Source of the DNA: Mobula hypostoma
Taxonomy: Eukaryota
Assembly: GCF_963921235.1 (NCBI RefSeq)
Contig: NC_086108.1
Coordinates: 48,300,001-48,364,000 of the forward strand
Direction of reading: 5' to 3'
DNA length: 64,000 nucleotides
The notes under the pieces were generated by a model. That model searched no databases. It was not told the origin of the DNA and saw only the letters and a list, made by a program, of their open reading frames with translations. The position numbers and the translations under genes were made by a program. This document shows positions 1 to 10,701 of the stretch, one piece after another; position 1 is the first letter of the stretch; the number at the start of each line of letters is the position of its first letter.

Positions 1-802
1 ATGCTTGACTGGAACCGATTTTAGTTGTACCTTTTTCCTGTCCACCGTGCCCTTTCTAACCCTTTTAAAGAGATTTTTAAACTTCAGTGTGTCTTTGGCT
101 CAGTGAGTCAGAGGGCTTGAAATCTAATCCCTCCAAAACATTTGAGCACACACTCTTGGTTGATGCTTGAGTAAAATGCTAATGGATTGTGTTTCTGTTT
201 GTGGTGCTGTCTTTTGAAGGAGCATTAAACTGAATTGCACATTGTTTGCTCCAATGGGTGAGAAAGAATAAATATTCTCCCAGTCCTACCAAGGGATTGG
301 TCATATTTAACCCTTCACCAGTGTTCATTGATATCACCATTGTTATTAGGACCCTTCTGTAGGTAAACCAAGTGCCCTTTTTGCCTATTTTCTAACGTTA
401 CTTCATTTCAGAAATGTTTATTAGCTTGTGAACCACTATCGTATCGAGATGATATATATGGCAAGTATTTCTCTACTTGTTCAGTTCACTTCTTACTCTT
501 GGTTCCCATTGAGCATTTTGGAGATGGAGCACAAGCAGAAAACAAGACTGGAAATTGTACAGCTTCTTATAGAGGTATTTCTGTCAATTTTGTGCAAGGT
601 CCCCAGCACCCCCATCCCAGTACAAGTAATAAATATTAATTTTATATAGTATAAGCTGCCCCAAATAAATCTTCACTCTATCCTGCAGTTCTATGGAAAT
701 TCACACATTTTTTGGTTACAAATTATCCTTTGTTCATTCAATTAAGATGATAATTTTGTTTGCTTTCTCCTTGGAGAAATAACTTTAATTGTCTTTTTCT
801 AG

Positions 803-933
803 TCCCTCCTGATATCAGGGATAATGAAAAGCCAGCTAACCTGTCAGTGGTCATAAACCAGCCAATCAGCCTCTTCTGTGATGTGTCAGGACACCCTACT
901 CCCATCATATCCTGGTACAAAGATGGACTGCCT
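803..933 (+). CDS. HMCN1: Hemicentin-1 coding exon (window exon 1), N-half of Ig domain A
   Basis: ttttctAG acceptor 801-802, GTatgt donor 934. Encodes (V)PPDIRDNEKPANLSVVINQPISLFCDVSGHPTPIISWYKDGLP; I-set Ig C...W motif; collinear with recalled human HMCN1 VPPVIKDKEQVTNVSVLLNQLTNLFCEVEG. Phase 1-0. Confidence 0.93.
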
Positions 934-1510
934 GTATGTGGTAATTTGTCAAATTATGCAAATAACTTTGTTGATGATCCTTCAGAGATCTAGATTCCTG
1001 TATTAAAATCAGGAATATGGAATAACTGGCACACAGTCTTTTCAGATGCAGCCTGGTTTTGGAAATGAATGCTGTCTTTACTGGCAGATTCAAAGAAAGA
1101 ATTGAATCAGCTGAAATATCTTTGTCCATGATTGATATTCATGGACAGTAATAAATGTACAAGGTAAAGTTCTCAGGAAGAAGGCCTCAGTAACATTTGT
1201 GGATGCAGGTGGATTAAAGCAGAGATGTAAAGGGCTTGTACCAAGGTCATCCAAAACCAGACATGAGAGAATTGTTTTATTTTTATCAACATGAATAAAT
1301 AGATGCAGAGTTGGTACTGGGATATCTATAGGTCCTAGAGGTATTAGAAATATATTAATGCTGCTATGGGTGAATACCCACCCACAAATAGATCAGAAGT
1401 ACAAGATGTCAGAAACATATCTCGGAAAACCTGATATTATCTCGTGTACATATAATGAGAGCTGAAGACTAAATGTTCATGGTAAAATATGTTTGCAATA
1501 TGCCCTCAAG

Positions 1511-1658
1511 GTTAGAGAAAGTAATGCCATACAGATAATGAGTGGAGGAAAGATCCTGAGAATGCACAAGACTGTGGCTGGTGACACAGGGAGGTACACG
1601 TGTCGAACAATCAACATTGCCGGAACTGCAGAGAAGAGCTTCAACTTGGAAGTGTTGG
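1511..1658 (+). CDS. HMCN1: Hemicentin-1 exon 2, C-half of Ig domain A
   Basis: AG 1509-1510, GTgagt 1659. VRESNAIQIMSGGKILRMHKTVAGDTGRYTCRTINIAGTAEKSFNLEVL (DxGxYxC motif). Phase 0-1. Confidence 0.93.
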
Positions 1659-2559
1659 GTGAGTAGACATAGATTTGAAGCAGGGCTGAATATCAGAGAC
1701 TTTCAAAAATATTACACATCATACAGTAATTTAGAAATGAAATACACCAGCTACAGGAAACTTGAAATAAAAGCAGAGAGTGCTTAGAACCTCAGGTAGC
1801 TGCCTGAAATATTCTCCCTGTTTATCACTCAATTGATGCAGCTTGATCTACTGAGCAAATCCACTATTGTCTGTTCTTTTTATTGTGTATCTCATTGTTT
1901 GCATACCTCAATATACCACGGACACTGTTTCCCAGTCTAGCATCACCCTGCAGAATACTGATTCAATCTAATGCTCTTGGTCATCCATTCCAAATACTTG
2001 CACCATGCTGTTCTTTATGACAGACACCAGCCTGGGCAGCACCCACGGTGACAGGAAGGAATCTGGGCATTCCTGGCCCTCCATGTTGCTGTGCTGGGGA
2101 ACTAGCATGAATCCCTGCCCTCTGCTAGTACCTCCACGGCCAGTGCATCACCCGCAGGGAGGGAGGGCCATTGTTGGCAGCAGCTTCTCCATGTCCAGTC
2201 TGCCCAGATGTTGTCATCTTTGATCAGTTCCAGTGCATGTAGTATGTGTTTTCAATAAACATAATACATCTGAACTCATGGACAAATAATTTTATACGTC
2301 AAACAATTTTACTGAAGTTCTCAGCCATAGAACAATGAACGCAGACTATTATACATGGTTTGACATTGACTAGCATTAACCCTAAGGCCATTATGTGTTT
2401 ATAGGTTTTACCTATTTTGATTAGAGAGGATAATTTGCGGTCCACGTTATCATATTTAAGCTGCTGCCCTTCCAGGGTTTCTTACTGCCGTGCAACATGC
2501 ACCACTTTTATTTCTTATAAAGCTATTCATAATAGTAAATTAGCAATTTACTGCTTATT

Positions 2560-2994
2560 CCAAACAGGATGAGGCAGAAAGCTGGATACTGCTTATCTTA
2601 ATAGGGAAAATAGCTAAAAGGAAAATGTTTGAAGCCATTATTAAAAAAATTATGGCAGAGCAATTCGAAAAATTTGAGATAAATGGACAAAGTTAGCACA
2701 GTTTTGTGATAGGGAAATCATGTTTGATCAATTTATTGGAGCACTTTGAAGAAGTCATATGCTGTGGTTAATAAGAAACTAGTGAATGCACCATATTTAG
2801 ATTTCCAGGGGCATTCAATGAGGTGTCACATCAAAGGTTTTTGCAGCAAGCTCATGGTGTGGAATTAAACATTTAGGTGTGAATAGTAGATTGGCTGGTG
2901 AACAGGAAACAGACAGGAGACATGCATGGGTAATGTTCTGGTTAGCACGATGTAATGAGAGGTTACCTCAGGGACTGGTGCTAGAGATGCAACT
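2560..2994 (+). mobile_element. Decayed CR1-clade LINE RT fragment (approximate limits)
   Basis: Degenerate QHGF..GKSCL.NL, YLDF.KAF..V.H and SGVPQG-type nucleotide motifs. Confidence 0.7.
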
Positions 2995-5090
2995 CTACAG
3001 GACTGCTTTGAATCAGTGGACTGGACTGTATTCAGGGATTCATCTTCGAACCTGAATGAATATGCTGCAGTTGTTACCGACTTCATTAAAACCTGTGTGG
3101 ATAAGTGTGTGCCTACAAAGACCTACTGCACATTCCCAGACCAAAAGCTTTGGATGAACCAGAAGGTACGTCGTCTGCTGAAGGCTAGATCTGTGGCGTT
3201 CAAGTCTGGCGACCCAGGCCTGTACCAGGAAACCAGGTATGATCTGCGGAGGGCTATTTCAAGGGTGAAGAGACAATTTTGAACAAGATTGGAGTCGACA
3301 TCAGATGCACAGCAACTCTGGCAGGGTTTGCAAGACATTACTTTCTACAAAGTGAAAGCCAGTAGCATGAATGGCAGTGATGCTTCACTACCAGATGAAC
3401 TCAACGCCTTCTATGCCTACTTTGAAAGGGAGAATACAACTACGGGTGTGAAGTTCCCTGCTACACCTGAAGACCTTGTGATTTCTGTCTCAGAGGCCAA
3501 TATTAGACTGTCTTTAAAGAGAGTGAACCTTCGCAAGGCGGAAGGTCCCGATGGAGTACTTGGTAAGGCTTTGAAAACCTGTGCAAACCAACTGGCGGGA
3601 GTATTCAAGGACATTTTCAACCTCTCAGTACTACGGACAAGTTCCCACTTGCTTCAAAAAGGCAACAATTATACCAGTGCCTAAGAAGAATAACGTGAGC
3701 AGCCTCAATGACTATCGCCTGGTAGCACTCACATCTACAGTGATGAAATGCTTTGAGAGGTTGGTCATGACTAGACTGAACTCCTGCCTCAGCAAGGGCC
3801 TGGACCCATTGCAATTTGCCTATCACCACAATAGGTCAATGGCAGATACAATCTCAATGGCTCTCCACATGGCTTTAGACTACATAGACAACACAAACAC
3901 CTATCTCAGGATGCTGTTCATCGACTATAACTCAGCATTTAATACCATCATTCCCACAATCCTGATTGAGAAGTTGCAGAACCTGGGCCTCTGTACCTCC
4001 CTCTGCAATTGAATCCTCGACTTCCTAACCGGAAGACCACAATCTGTGCAGATTGGTGATAACATCTCCTGCATGCTGACGATTAACACTGGTGCACCTC
4101 AGGGGTGTGTGCTTAGCCCACTGCTCTACTCTCTCTATATCCATGACTGTGTGGCTAGGCATAGCTCAAATACCATCTATAAATTTGCTGATGCTCCACC
4201 GGGTGGTGACAAGAGGGCGTACAGGAGTGAGATATGTCAACTAGTGAAGTGGTGCTGCAGCAACAACCTGGTACTCAATGTCAGTAAGACAAAAGAGCTG
4301 ATTGTGGACTTCCGGAAGGGTTCCGGGTAAGACAAACGAACATATACCAATCCTCATAGAGGGATCAGACGTGAAGAGAGTGAGCAGTTTCAAGTTCCTG
4401 GGTGTCAAGATCTCTGAGAATCTAACCTGGTCCCAACATATAGATACAGTTATAAAGAAGGCAAGACAGTGGCTATACCTTATTAGGAGTTTGAAGAGAT
4501 TTGGCATGTCAACAAATACACTCAAAAGCTTCTATAGATGTACCATGGAGAGCATTCTGACAGGCTGCATCACTGTCTGGTATGGAGGGGCTATTGCACA
4601 GGACCGAAAGAAGCTGCAGAGGGTTGTAAATTTAGTCAGCTCCATCTTGGGTACTAGCCTACAAAGTACCCAGGACATCTTTGAGGAGCGGTGTCTCAGA
4701 AAGGCTGTGTCCATTATTAAGGACCTCCAACACCGAGGGCATGCCCTTTTCTCACTGTTACCATCAGGTAGGAGATACAGAAGCCTGAAGGCACACACTC
4801 AGCATTTCAGGAACAGCTTCTTCCCTCTGCCATCCAATTCCTAAATGAACATTGAACCCTTGGACACTACATCACTTTTTAAAAAATATATAGTTTTTCT
4901 GTTTTTTGCGTGATTTTTATCTATTCAATATACGTATACTCTATATATATGTTGAATAAGATTTGTTTGTTTATTATTATTATTATTTATTTATTTTCTT
5001 CCATATTATGTATTACATTGAACTGCTGCTACTAAGTTAACAAATTTCACGTCACATGTTGGTGATAATAAACCTGATTCTAATTCTGAT
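2995..5090 (+). mobile_element. 5'-truncated Rex1/Babar-type (CR1/L2-group) LINE, frameshifted RT
   Basis: ORF pieces [66 protein letters not shown] followed by (ATTCTG)n-like tail near 5067-5090. Confidence 0.85.
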
Positions 5091-5410
5091 CTAGCCTTTT
5101 ACTTCTTTTCCTCACCTGCCAATCATTGCCCCCTGATGGCCTTTCTTCTTCCTTTTTCCCCTCCCTTTCTCCCATGGTCCACTCTCTTCTCCTATCAGAC
5201 TCCTCCTTCTTCAGCCTTTACCTTTCCCACCTACCTGTCTTCACACATCATCTTCTACCAAGTCCTAGATCCCCTCTCCCCACCTTTTTATTCTGGCATC
5301 TTTCCCCCTTTCTTTCCAGTCCTGAAGACGGGTCTCACCCCAAAATGTTGACGTTTATTCATTTCTATAGATGCTGCCTGACCTATTGAGTCCCTCCAGT
5401 ATTTTATGTG
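5091..5410 (+). mobile_element. Decayed Penelope (Neptune-type) 3' UTR/pseudo-LTR fragment
   Basis: Pyrimidine-rich tract, then degenerate AGTCCTGAAGA...AAAATGTTGAC hammerhead remnant and GATGCTGCCTGACC, as in 14000-14393. Confidence 0.75.
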
Positions 5411-5415
5411 CCTTA

Positions 5416-6014
5416 AGGCTGATTTATACTTGTGCGTCAAATCAATGCCGTAGATACCTACGCTGTAGCCTAACATGCACCTCTCCCAAAATGTAACTAC
5501 ACGTCATGGCAACGCAGACCGAAACAACTGTGATTGGTCCGTTTGGTAGCAACTCTGGCTGCAATGCTTTCCATAAAGCTTTACAGACCTCCGAAATTGT
5601 GGAGGATACATTTTGAATTTAAAAAAGACCGACATTAGTACCTGATTTTGTTAACCAAAAGAGGATTTTTGCTTTTGTGGAAAAAGACGCTCGCCTTAAG
5701 CTTGTTTACCCCGAGAAAGACTACCATGACCATGAAGCCTTTTGAATCCGATTTTGGCTCAAAGTTCCCAATTCTGTTAAGTGACACTACACTGTACATA
5801 CAGAAAATTCACCCTCCTTCAGTTTCAGTTTCTTCGTGTTGAGTTTCAACACGAAGAAACTCAACACAGTGGCATAGAAACCCCACCGCCAACTTTTGGT
5901 GGTGAATTGCAGAGCGATGCAGACACACCAACGCACAAATATAAATGCTCACAACGGCGTAGCCCACTTGCGTAGGCTACAGCGTAAGCTAGTACGCATA
6001 AGTATAAATCTCTT
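5416..6014. mobile_element. Non-autonomous DNA transposon (MITE), probably Harbinger-type
   Basis: Terminal inverted repeats GATTTATACTTGTGCGT ... ACGCATAAGTATAAATC; subterminal TACGCTGTAGCCTA/TAGGCTACAGCGTA; TAA/TTA-like flanks. Confidence 0.7.
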
Positions 6015-6249
6015 TACTCTGAATGTTCTAGTTCACGAATCACAGAAGACAAGCATAGAAATCCAGCAAATGTTCAGAAAGCTAATACTGCTATAGTTTT
6101 TTGCGAAGAGATTTGAATACAAAAGGAAGGAGTTTAGGCTTCGATTACATAGGGCAGTAACATTAGTAATGTATGCAGAATTAGTCTCCTTTTTTCAAGA
6201 TGAACGTAAATGCATTGGAAGCAGTTCAGAGAAAGATTACTGGACTGAA

Positions 6250-6481
6250 GCAACAGACATCAAAGTTGCTGGTGAACGCAGCAGGCCAGGCAGCATCTCT
6301 AGGAAGAGGTACAGTCGACATTTCAGGCCAATACCGTTCATCAGGTTAGTCCTGACGAAGGATCTTGGCCTGAAACGTCGACTGTACCTCTTCCTAAAGA
6401 TGCTGCCTGGCCTGCTGCGTTCACCAGCAACTTTGATCTGTGTTGCTTGAATTTCCAGCATCTGCAGAATTCCTGTTGTTG
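6250..6481. mobile_element. Short fold-back Penelope pseudo-LTR insertion with 10-bp TSD
   Basis: 6250-6345 is the reverse complement of about 6351-6446; TSD CTGGACTGAA at 6240-6249 and 6482-6491; the sequence matches the 3' end of the Penelope at 14290-14393. It interrupts an old CR1 3' fragment. Confidence 0.9.
6348..6383 (+). ncRNA. Minimal type I hammerhead ribozyme (Penelope pLTR type)
   Basis: AGUC-CUGACGA-AGG(AUCUUGG)CCU-GAAAC-GUC^-GACU: intact CUGANGA/GAAA core, stems I and II, palindromic ACGU in place of stem III. Confidence 0.8.
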
Positions 6482-6541
6482 CTGGACTGAAATCTCTTTT
6501 AGGGGTTTATCCTGAGAAGATAGATTTGCAGGCTTCTTATT

Positions 6542-7521
6542 ATAGAACATAGAACATAGAATAGTACAGCACATTACAGCCCTTCGGCCCACAATGTTGT
6601 GCCAACCCTCAAACCCTGCCTCCCATATAACCCCCCACCTTAAATTCCTCCATATACCTGTCTAGTAGTCTCTTAAACTTCACTAGTGTATCTGCCTCCA
6701 CCACTCACTCAGGCAGTGCATTCCACGCACCAACCACTCTCTGATATCCTTCCTCTAATATCCCCCTTGAACTTCCCACCACTTACCTTAAAGTCATATC
6801 CTCTTGTATTGAGCAGTGGTGCCCTGGGGAAGAGGCACTGGCTATCCACTCTATCTATTTCTCTTAATATCTTGTACACCTCTATCATGTCTCCTCTCAT
6901 CCTCCTTCTCTCCAAAGAGTAAAGCCCTAGCTCCCTTAATCTCTGATCATAATGCATACTCCCTAAACCAGGCAGCATCCTGGTAAATCTCCTCTGTACC
7001 CTTTCCAATGCTTCCACATCCTTCCTATAGTGAGGTGACCAGAACTAGACACAGTACTCCAAGTGTGGCTGAACCAGAGTTTTACAGAGCTGCATCATTA
7101 CATCGCAACTCTTAAACTCTATCCCTCGACTTATGAAAGCTAACACCCCATAAGCTTTCTTAACTACCCTATCTACCTGTGAGGCAACTTACAGGGATCT
7201 GTGGACATGTACCCCAAGATCCCTGTGCTCATCCACACTACCAAGTATCCTGCCATTTACTTTGTACTCTGCCTTGGAGTTTGTCCTTCCAAAGTGTATC
7301 ACCTCACACTTCTCCGGGTTGAACTCCATCTGCCACTTCTCAGCCCACTTCTGCATCCTATCAATGTCTCCCTGCAATCTTCGACAATCCTCTACACTAT
7401 CTACAACACCACCAACCTTTGTGTTGTCTGCAAACTTGCCTACCCACCCTTCTACCCCCACATCCAGGTCGTTAATAAAAATCACGAAAAGTAGAGGTCC
7501 CAGAACAGATCCACTAGTCAC
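6542..7521 (-). mobile_element. 5'-truncated CR1 LINE (RT C-terminus and 3' UTR)
   Basis: Minus-strand GSVLGPLLFVIFINDLD, KFADNTK, WQMEFNPEKC, LERVQRRFTRMLPG; (TTCTATG)n tail at 6542-6560. Confidence 0.92.
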
Positions 7522-7689
7522 AACGGAAAAGGCTATTTTGTCCATTGGAACATGCTGACTCCCAGGGGAGCAATCCTAATAGTCCAATTCCCCCTCCCAG
7601 TTTTTCTAGAGCCTAGCATCTTATTCATTCACACTATGCCCATTAACTTCCCTTTGATTCGTTTACAAATCATCTGTACAATGCAGTAA

Positions 7690-7878
7690 TGTACAATAAC
7701 AAATCAACCAACCAGCATGTCATTTGGATATGGGAGGACACCAGGGCTGTTGATGAGAATTCGTGTGGTCACAAGGAGAATGGGCAAACTTCACACAGAC
7801 AGCACCCGAGACCCAGGTTCAACCTTGGCTATTGGAGCTAAGGGACAGCAGTTTTAGCTGCTGCAACATCGTGTCATG
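7690..7878 (-). mobile_element. Decayed V-SINE/HE1-like SINE
   Basis: Reverse complement of the V-domain (TTGGA..TGGGAGGA..CC...GTCACA.GGAGAATG..CAAACT.CACACAGACAGCACC) and a tRNA-like head. Confidence 0.7.
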
Positions 7879-8019
7879 TTGGGTCATATCTTCTAGAGAT
7901 TAGAAGAATAAAAAGGTACTTGATTGAAACATATTAAAGTGCTGAAGATTCTTGACAGGGTCAATGTAGAGGATACACCCTCATGGTTGAAACTAGAACT
8001 TGGGTCATTATGTAAAATT

Positions 8020-8310
8020 GGCACCAGGGTAGCATAGCGATTACTGCAAGGCTTATTACAGCTTGGGACGTCAGAGTTCAGAGTGCAATTCTGATACCGT
8101 CTGTAAGGAGTTTGTACGTCTGCCCCCGTGAACATGTGGGTTTCCTCTGGCTGCTCTGGTTTCCTCCCGCATTCCAAAGACGTATTGGTTAGTAGGTTAA
8201 TTGCTAATTATAAGTTGTCCAGTGATTAATCTCGCATTAAATAGGTGGGTTGCTGGGCCGTGTAGCTTGTTGGGCTGGAAGGGTACGTTCTGTGTTGTAT
8301 CTCTAAGTTT
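8020..8310 (+). mobile_element. tRNA-derived V-SINE (HE1/HER1-like)
   Basis: A-box-like GGTAGCATAGCG head; V-domain GTGGGTTTCCTCTGGCTGCTCTGGTTTCCTCCCGCATTCCAAAGAC; tail TTGTATCTCTAA. Confidence 0.8.
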
Positions 8311-8626
8311 TTTTTAATATATGTTAAGGAGTTGAATTTGAGACAGATGTGGAAATTTTTTTTGGAGACACATGACTCTTTGGAACTATTTTTCAAAAAA
8401 CAAACTCAGTGACATTTTGGGATGGGATCCAACATCAGAATTGTATCTCTATCTTCCTCAAAGAGTATTGAAAGAAGTCTGAATATCTTGTAGAGCAAAA
8501 ATTGATATATTTTTGATAAACGAGGGGTTATATGTTATCTCGGGGAACAGGGAACTTATTGTAAAGGTTACAATTTGATCAGCTACAATCTTATTGATTG
8601 GAAGATCAGACTTAAGTGACCATATA

Positions 8627-10259
8627 CAGTTGAAGTCAGAAGTTTACGTACACCTTAGCCAAATACATTTAAACTCAGTTTTTCACAATTCCTGACATTT
8701 AATCCTAGAAAACATTCCCTGTCTTAGGTCAGTTAGGATCACTACTTTATTTTAAGAATGTGAAATGTCAGAATAATAGTAGAGAGAATGATTTATTTCA
8801 GCTTTTATTTCTTTCATCACTTTCCCAGTGGGTCAGAAGTTTACATACACTTTGTTGGTATTTGGTAGCATTGCCTTTAAGTTACTTAACTTGGGTCAAA
8901 TATTTTGGGTAGCCTTCCACAAGCTTCTCACAGTAAGTTGCTGGAATTTTGTTCCATTCCTCCAGACAGAACTGGTGTAACTGAATCAAGTTTGCCCTTG
9001 CTTGCACATGCTTTTTCAGTTCTGCCCACAAATTTTCTATCGGATTGACGTCAGGGCTTTGTGATGGCCACTCCAATACCTTGACTTTGCTGTCCTTAAG
9101 CAATTTTGCCACAAATTTGGAGGTATGCTTGGGGTCATTACCCACTTGGAAGACCCATTTGCGACCGAGCTTTAACTTCCTGCCTGATGTCTTGAGATGT
9201 TGCTTCCATGTATCCACATAAATTTCCTTCCTCACGATGCCATCTATTTTGTGAAGTGCACCAGTCCCTCCCGCAGCAAAGCACTCTCACAACACGATGC
9301 TGCCACCCCCATGCTTCACGGTTGGGATGGTGTTCTTTAGCTTGCAAGCCTCACCCTCTTTCCTCCAAACAGAACAATGGTCATTATGGCCAAACAGTTC
9401 AATTTTTGTTTCGTCAGACCAGAGGACATATCTCCAAAAAGTAAGACCTTTGTCCCCATGTGCCCTTGCAAACTGTAGTCTGGCTTTTTTATGGCGGTTT
9501 TGGAGCAGTGGCTTCTTCCTTGCTGAGCAGCCTTTCAGGTTATGTCGATATAGGACTTGTTTTACTGTGGATATAGATACTTGTCTACCTGTTTCCTCCA
9601 GCATCTTCACAAGGTCCTTTGCTGTTGTTTTGGGATTGATTTGCACTTTTCGCGCCAAAGTACGTTCATCTCTAGGAGACAGAACGCGTCTCCTTCCTGA
9701 GCGGTATGACGGCTGTGTGGTCCCATGGTGTTTATACTTGCGTACTATTGTTTGTACAGATGAACGTGGTACTTTCAGGTGTTTGGAAATTGCTCCCAAG
9801 GATGAACCAGACTTGACATCATTTTCTGACCTCAATCTGATGTAAGATTTGTGGGCAGAAATGAAAAAGCATGTGTGAGCAAGGACACCTACAAACCTGA
9901 CTCAGTTACACCAGTTCTGTCTGGAGGAATGGAACAAAATTCCAGCACTTATTGTGAGAAACTTGTGGAAGGTTACCCAAAACATTTGAACCCAAGTTGA
10001 ACAACTTAAAGGGAATGCTACCAAATACTAACAAAGTGTATGTAAACTTCTGACCCACTGGGAAAGTGATGAAAGAAATAAAAGCTGAAATAAATCACTC
10101 TCTCTACTATGATTGTGACATTTCACATTTTTAAAATAAAGTAGTGAACCTAACTGACCTAAAACAGGGAATGGTTTCCAGGATTACATGTCAGGAATTG
10201 TGAAAAACTGAGTTTAATTATATTTGGCTAAGGTGTATGTAAACTTCTGACTTCAACTG
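8627..10259 (-). mobile_element. Sleeping Beauty/Tss1-like IR/DR Tc1 transposon, rearranged (two right ends), defective transposase
   Basis: TA|CAGTTGAAGTCAGAAGTTTAC ... GTAAACTTCTGACTTCAACTG|TA. Minus-strand ORFs KSGSSLGAISK..WSDETKIELFG..HGGGSIVL* and ..QVGNDPKH..WPSQSPDVNPIENLW. In-frame TGA near 9287; second catalytic D changed to G. Confidence 0.95.
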
Positions 10260-10574
10260 TATTCAATTGTTTATTGACAGATATGCAGTGTAATTCTCTT
10301 CAGAGAATCTTGAAGCCAGGGAATCCCTCATCTCCTTTGATGTTCATTCCTTCTATAAATTTAAAAGCATTTACTTCATCTTATATCATCACTAATGGTT
10401 GATTAATTCCAGATCCTAATCTTTACAACCCTGTTTATTGCCTTGTTTTTGCCCTTCACCCAGATTTTTCTAAATATGTAATGAACCAAGTTTCTGTTAG
10501 TTTTCATACCACTTACCTCAGTCTGTTTTGTTTATCTTTCTTCCTTTACTTCTCCTGCATCTGATTTCCCGAAG

Positions 10575-10701
10575 TCCCTCCAAGTATAATGGGCGCTGGC
10601 ACTACAAGTGAAGTATCAGTGATTCTGAATCAGGAAGCAACGCTTGAGTGTAAAGTCCAAGGCATTCCCTTTCCCCACATTCAGTGGTACAAAGACAACA
10701 G
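10575..10701 (+). CDS. HMCN1: Hemicentin-1 exon 3, N-half of Ig domain B
   Basis: Pyrimidine tract then AG 10573-10574; AG|GTAAGC donor. (V)PPSIMGAGTTSEVSVILNQEATLECKVQGIPFPHIQWYKDN(R). Phase 1-2. Confidence 0.93.

Noticed and set aside
2005..2223. GC-richer 72-aa ORF in intron 2
   Set aside because: No recognisable domain or splice support; length is compatible with chance.
6169..6461. Overlapping ORFs on both strands encoding near-identical peptides
   Set aside because: Artefact of the palindromic Penelope pLTR insertion; no evidence of coding function.
6542..6560. Short tandem repeats as CRISPR-like or satellite arrays (also 5075, 18465, 47180, 57345)
   Set aside because: They are 5-8-nt tandem tails of CR1/Rex1 LINEs, with no spacers or cas genes, in eukaryotic DNA.
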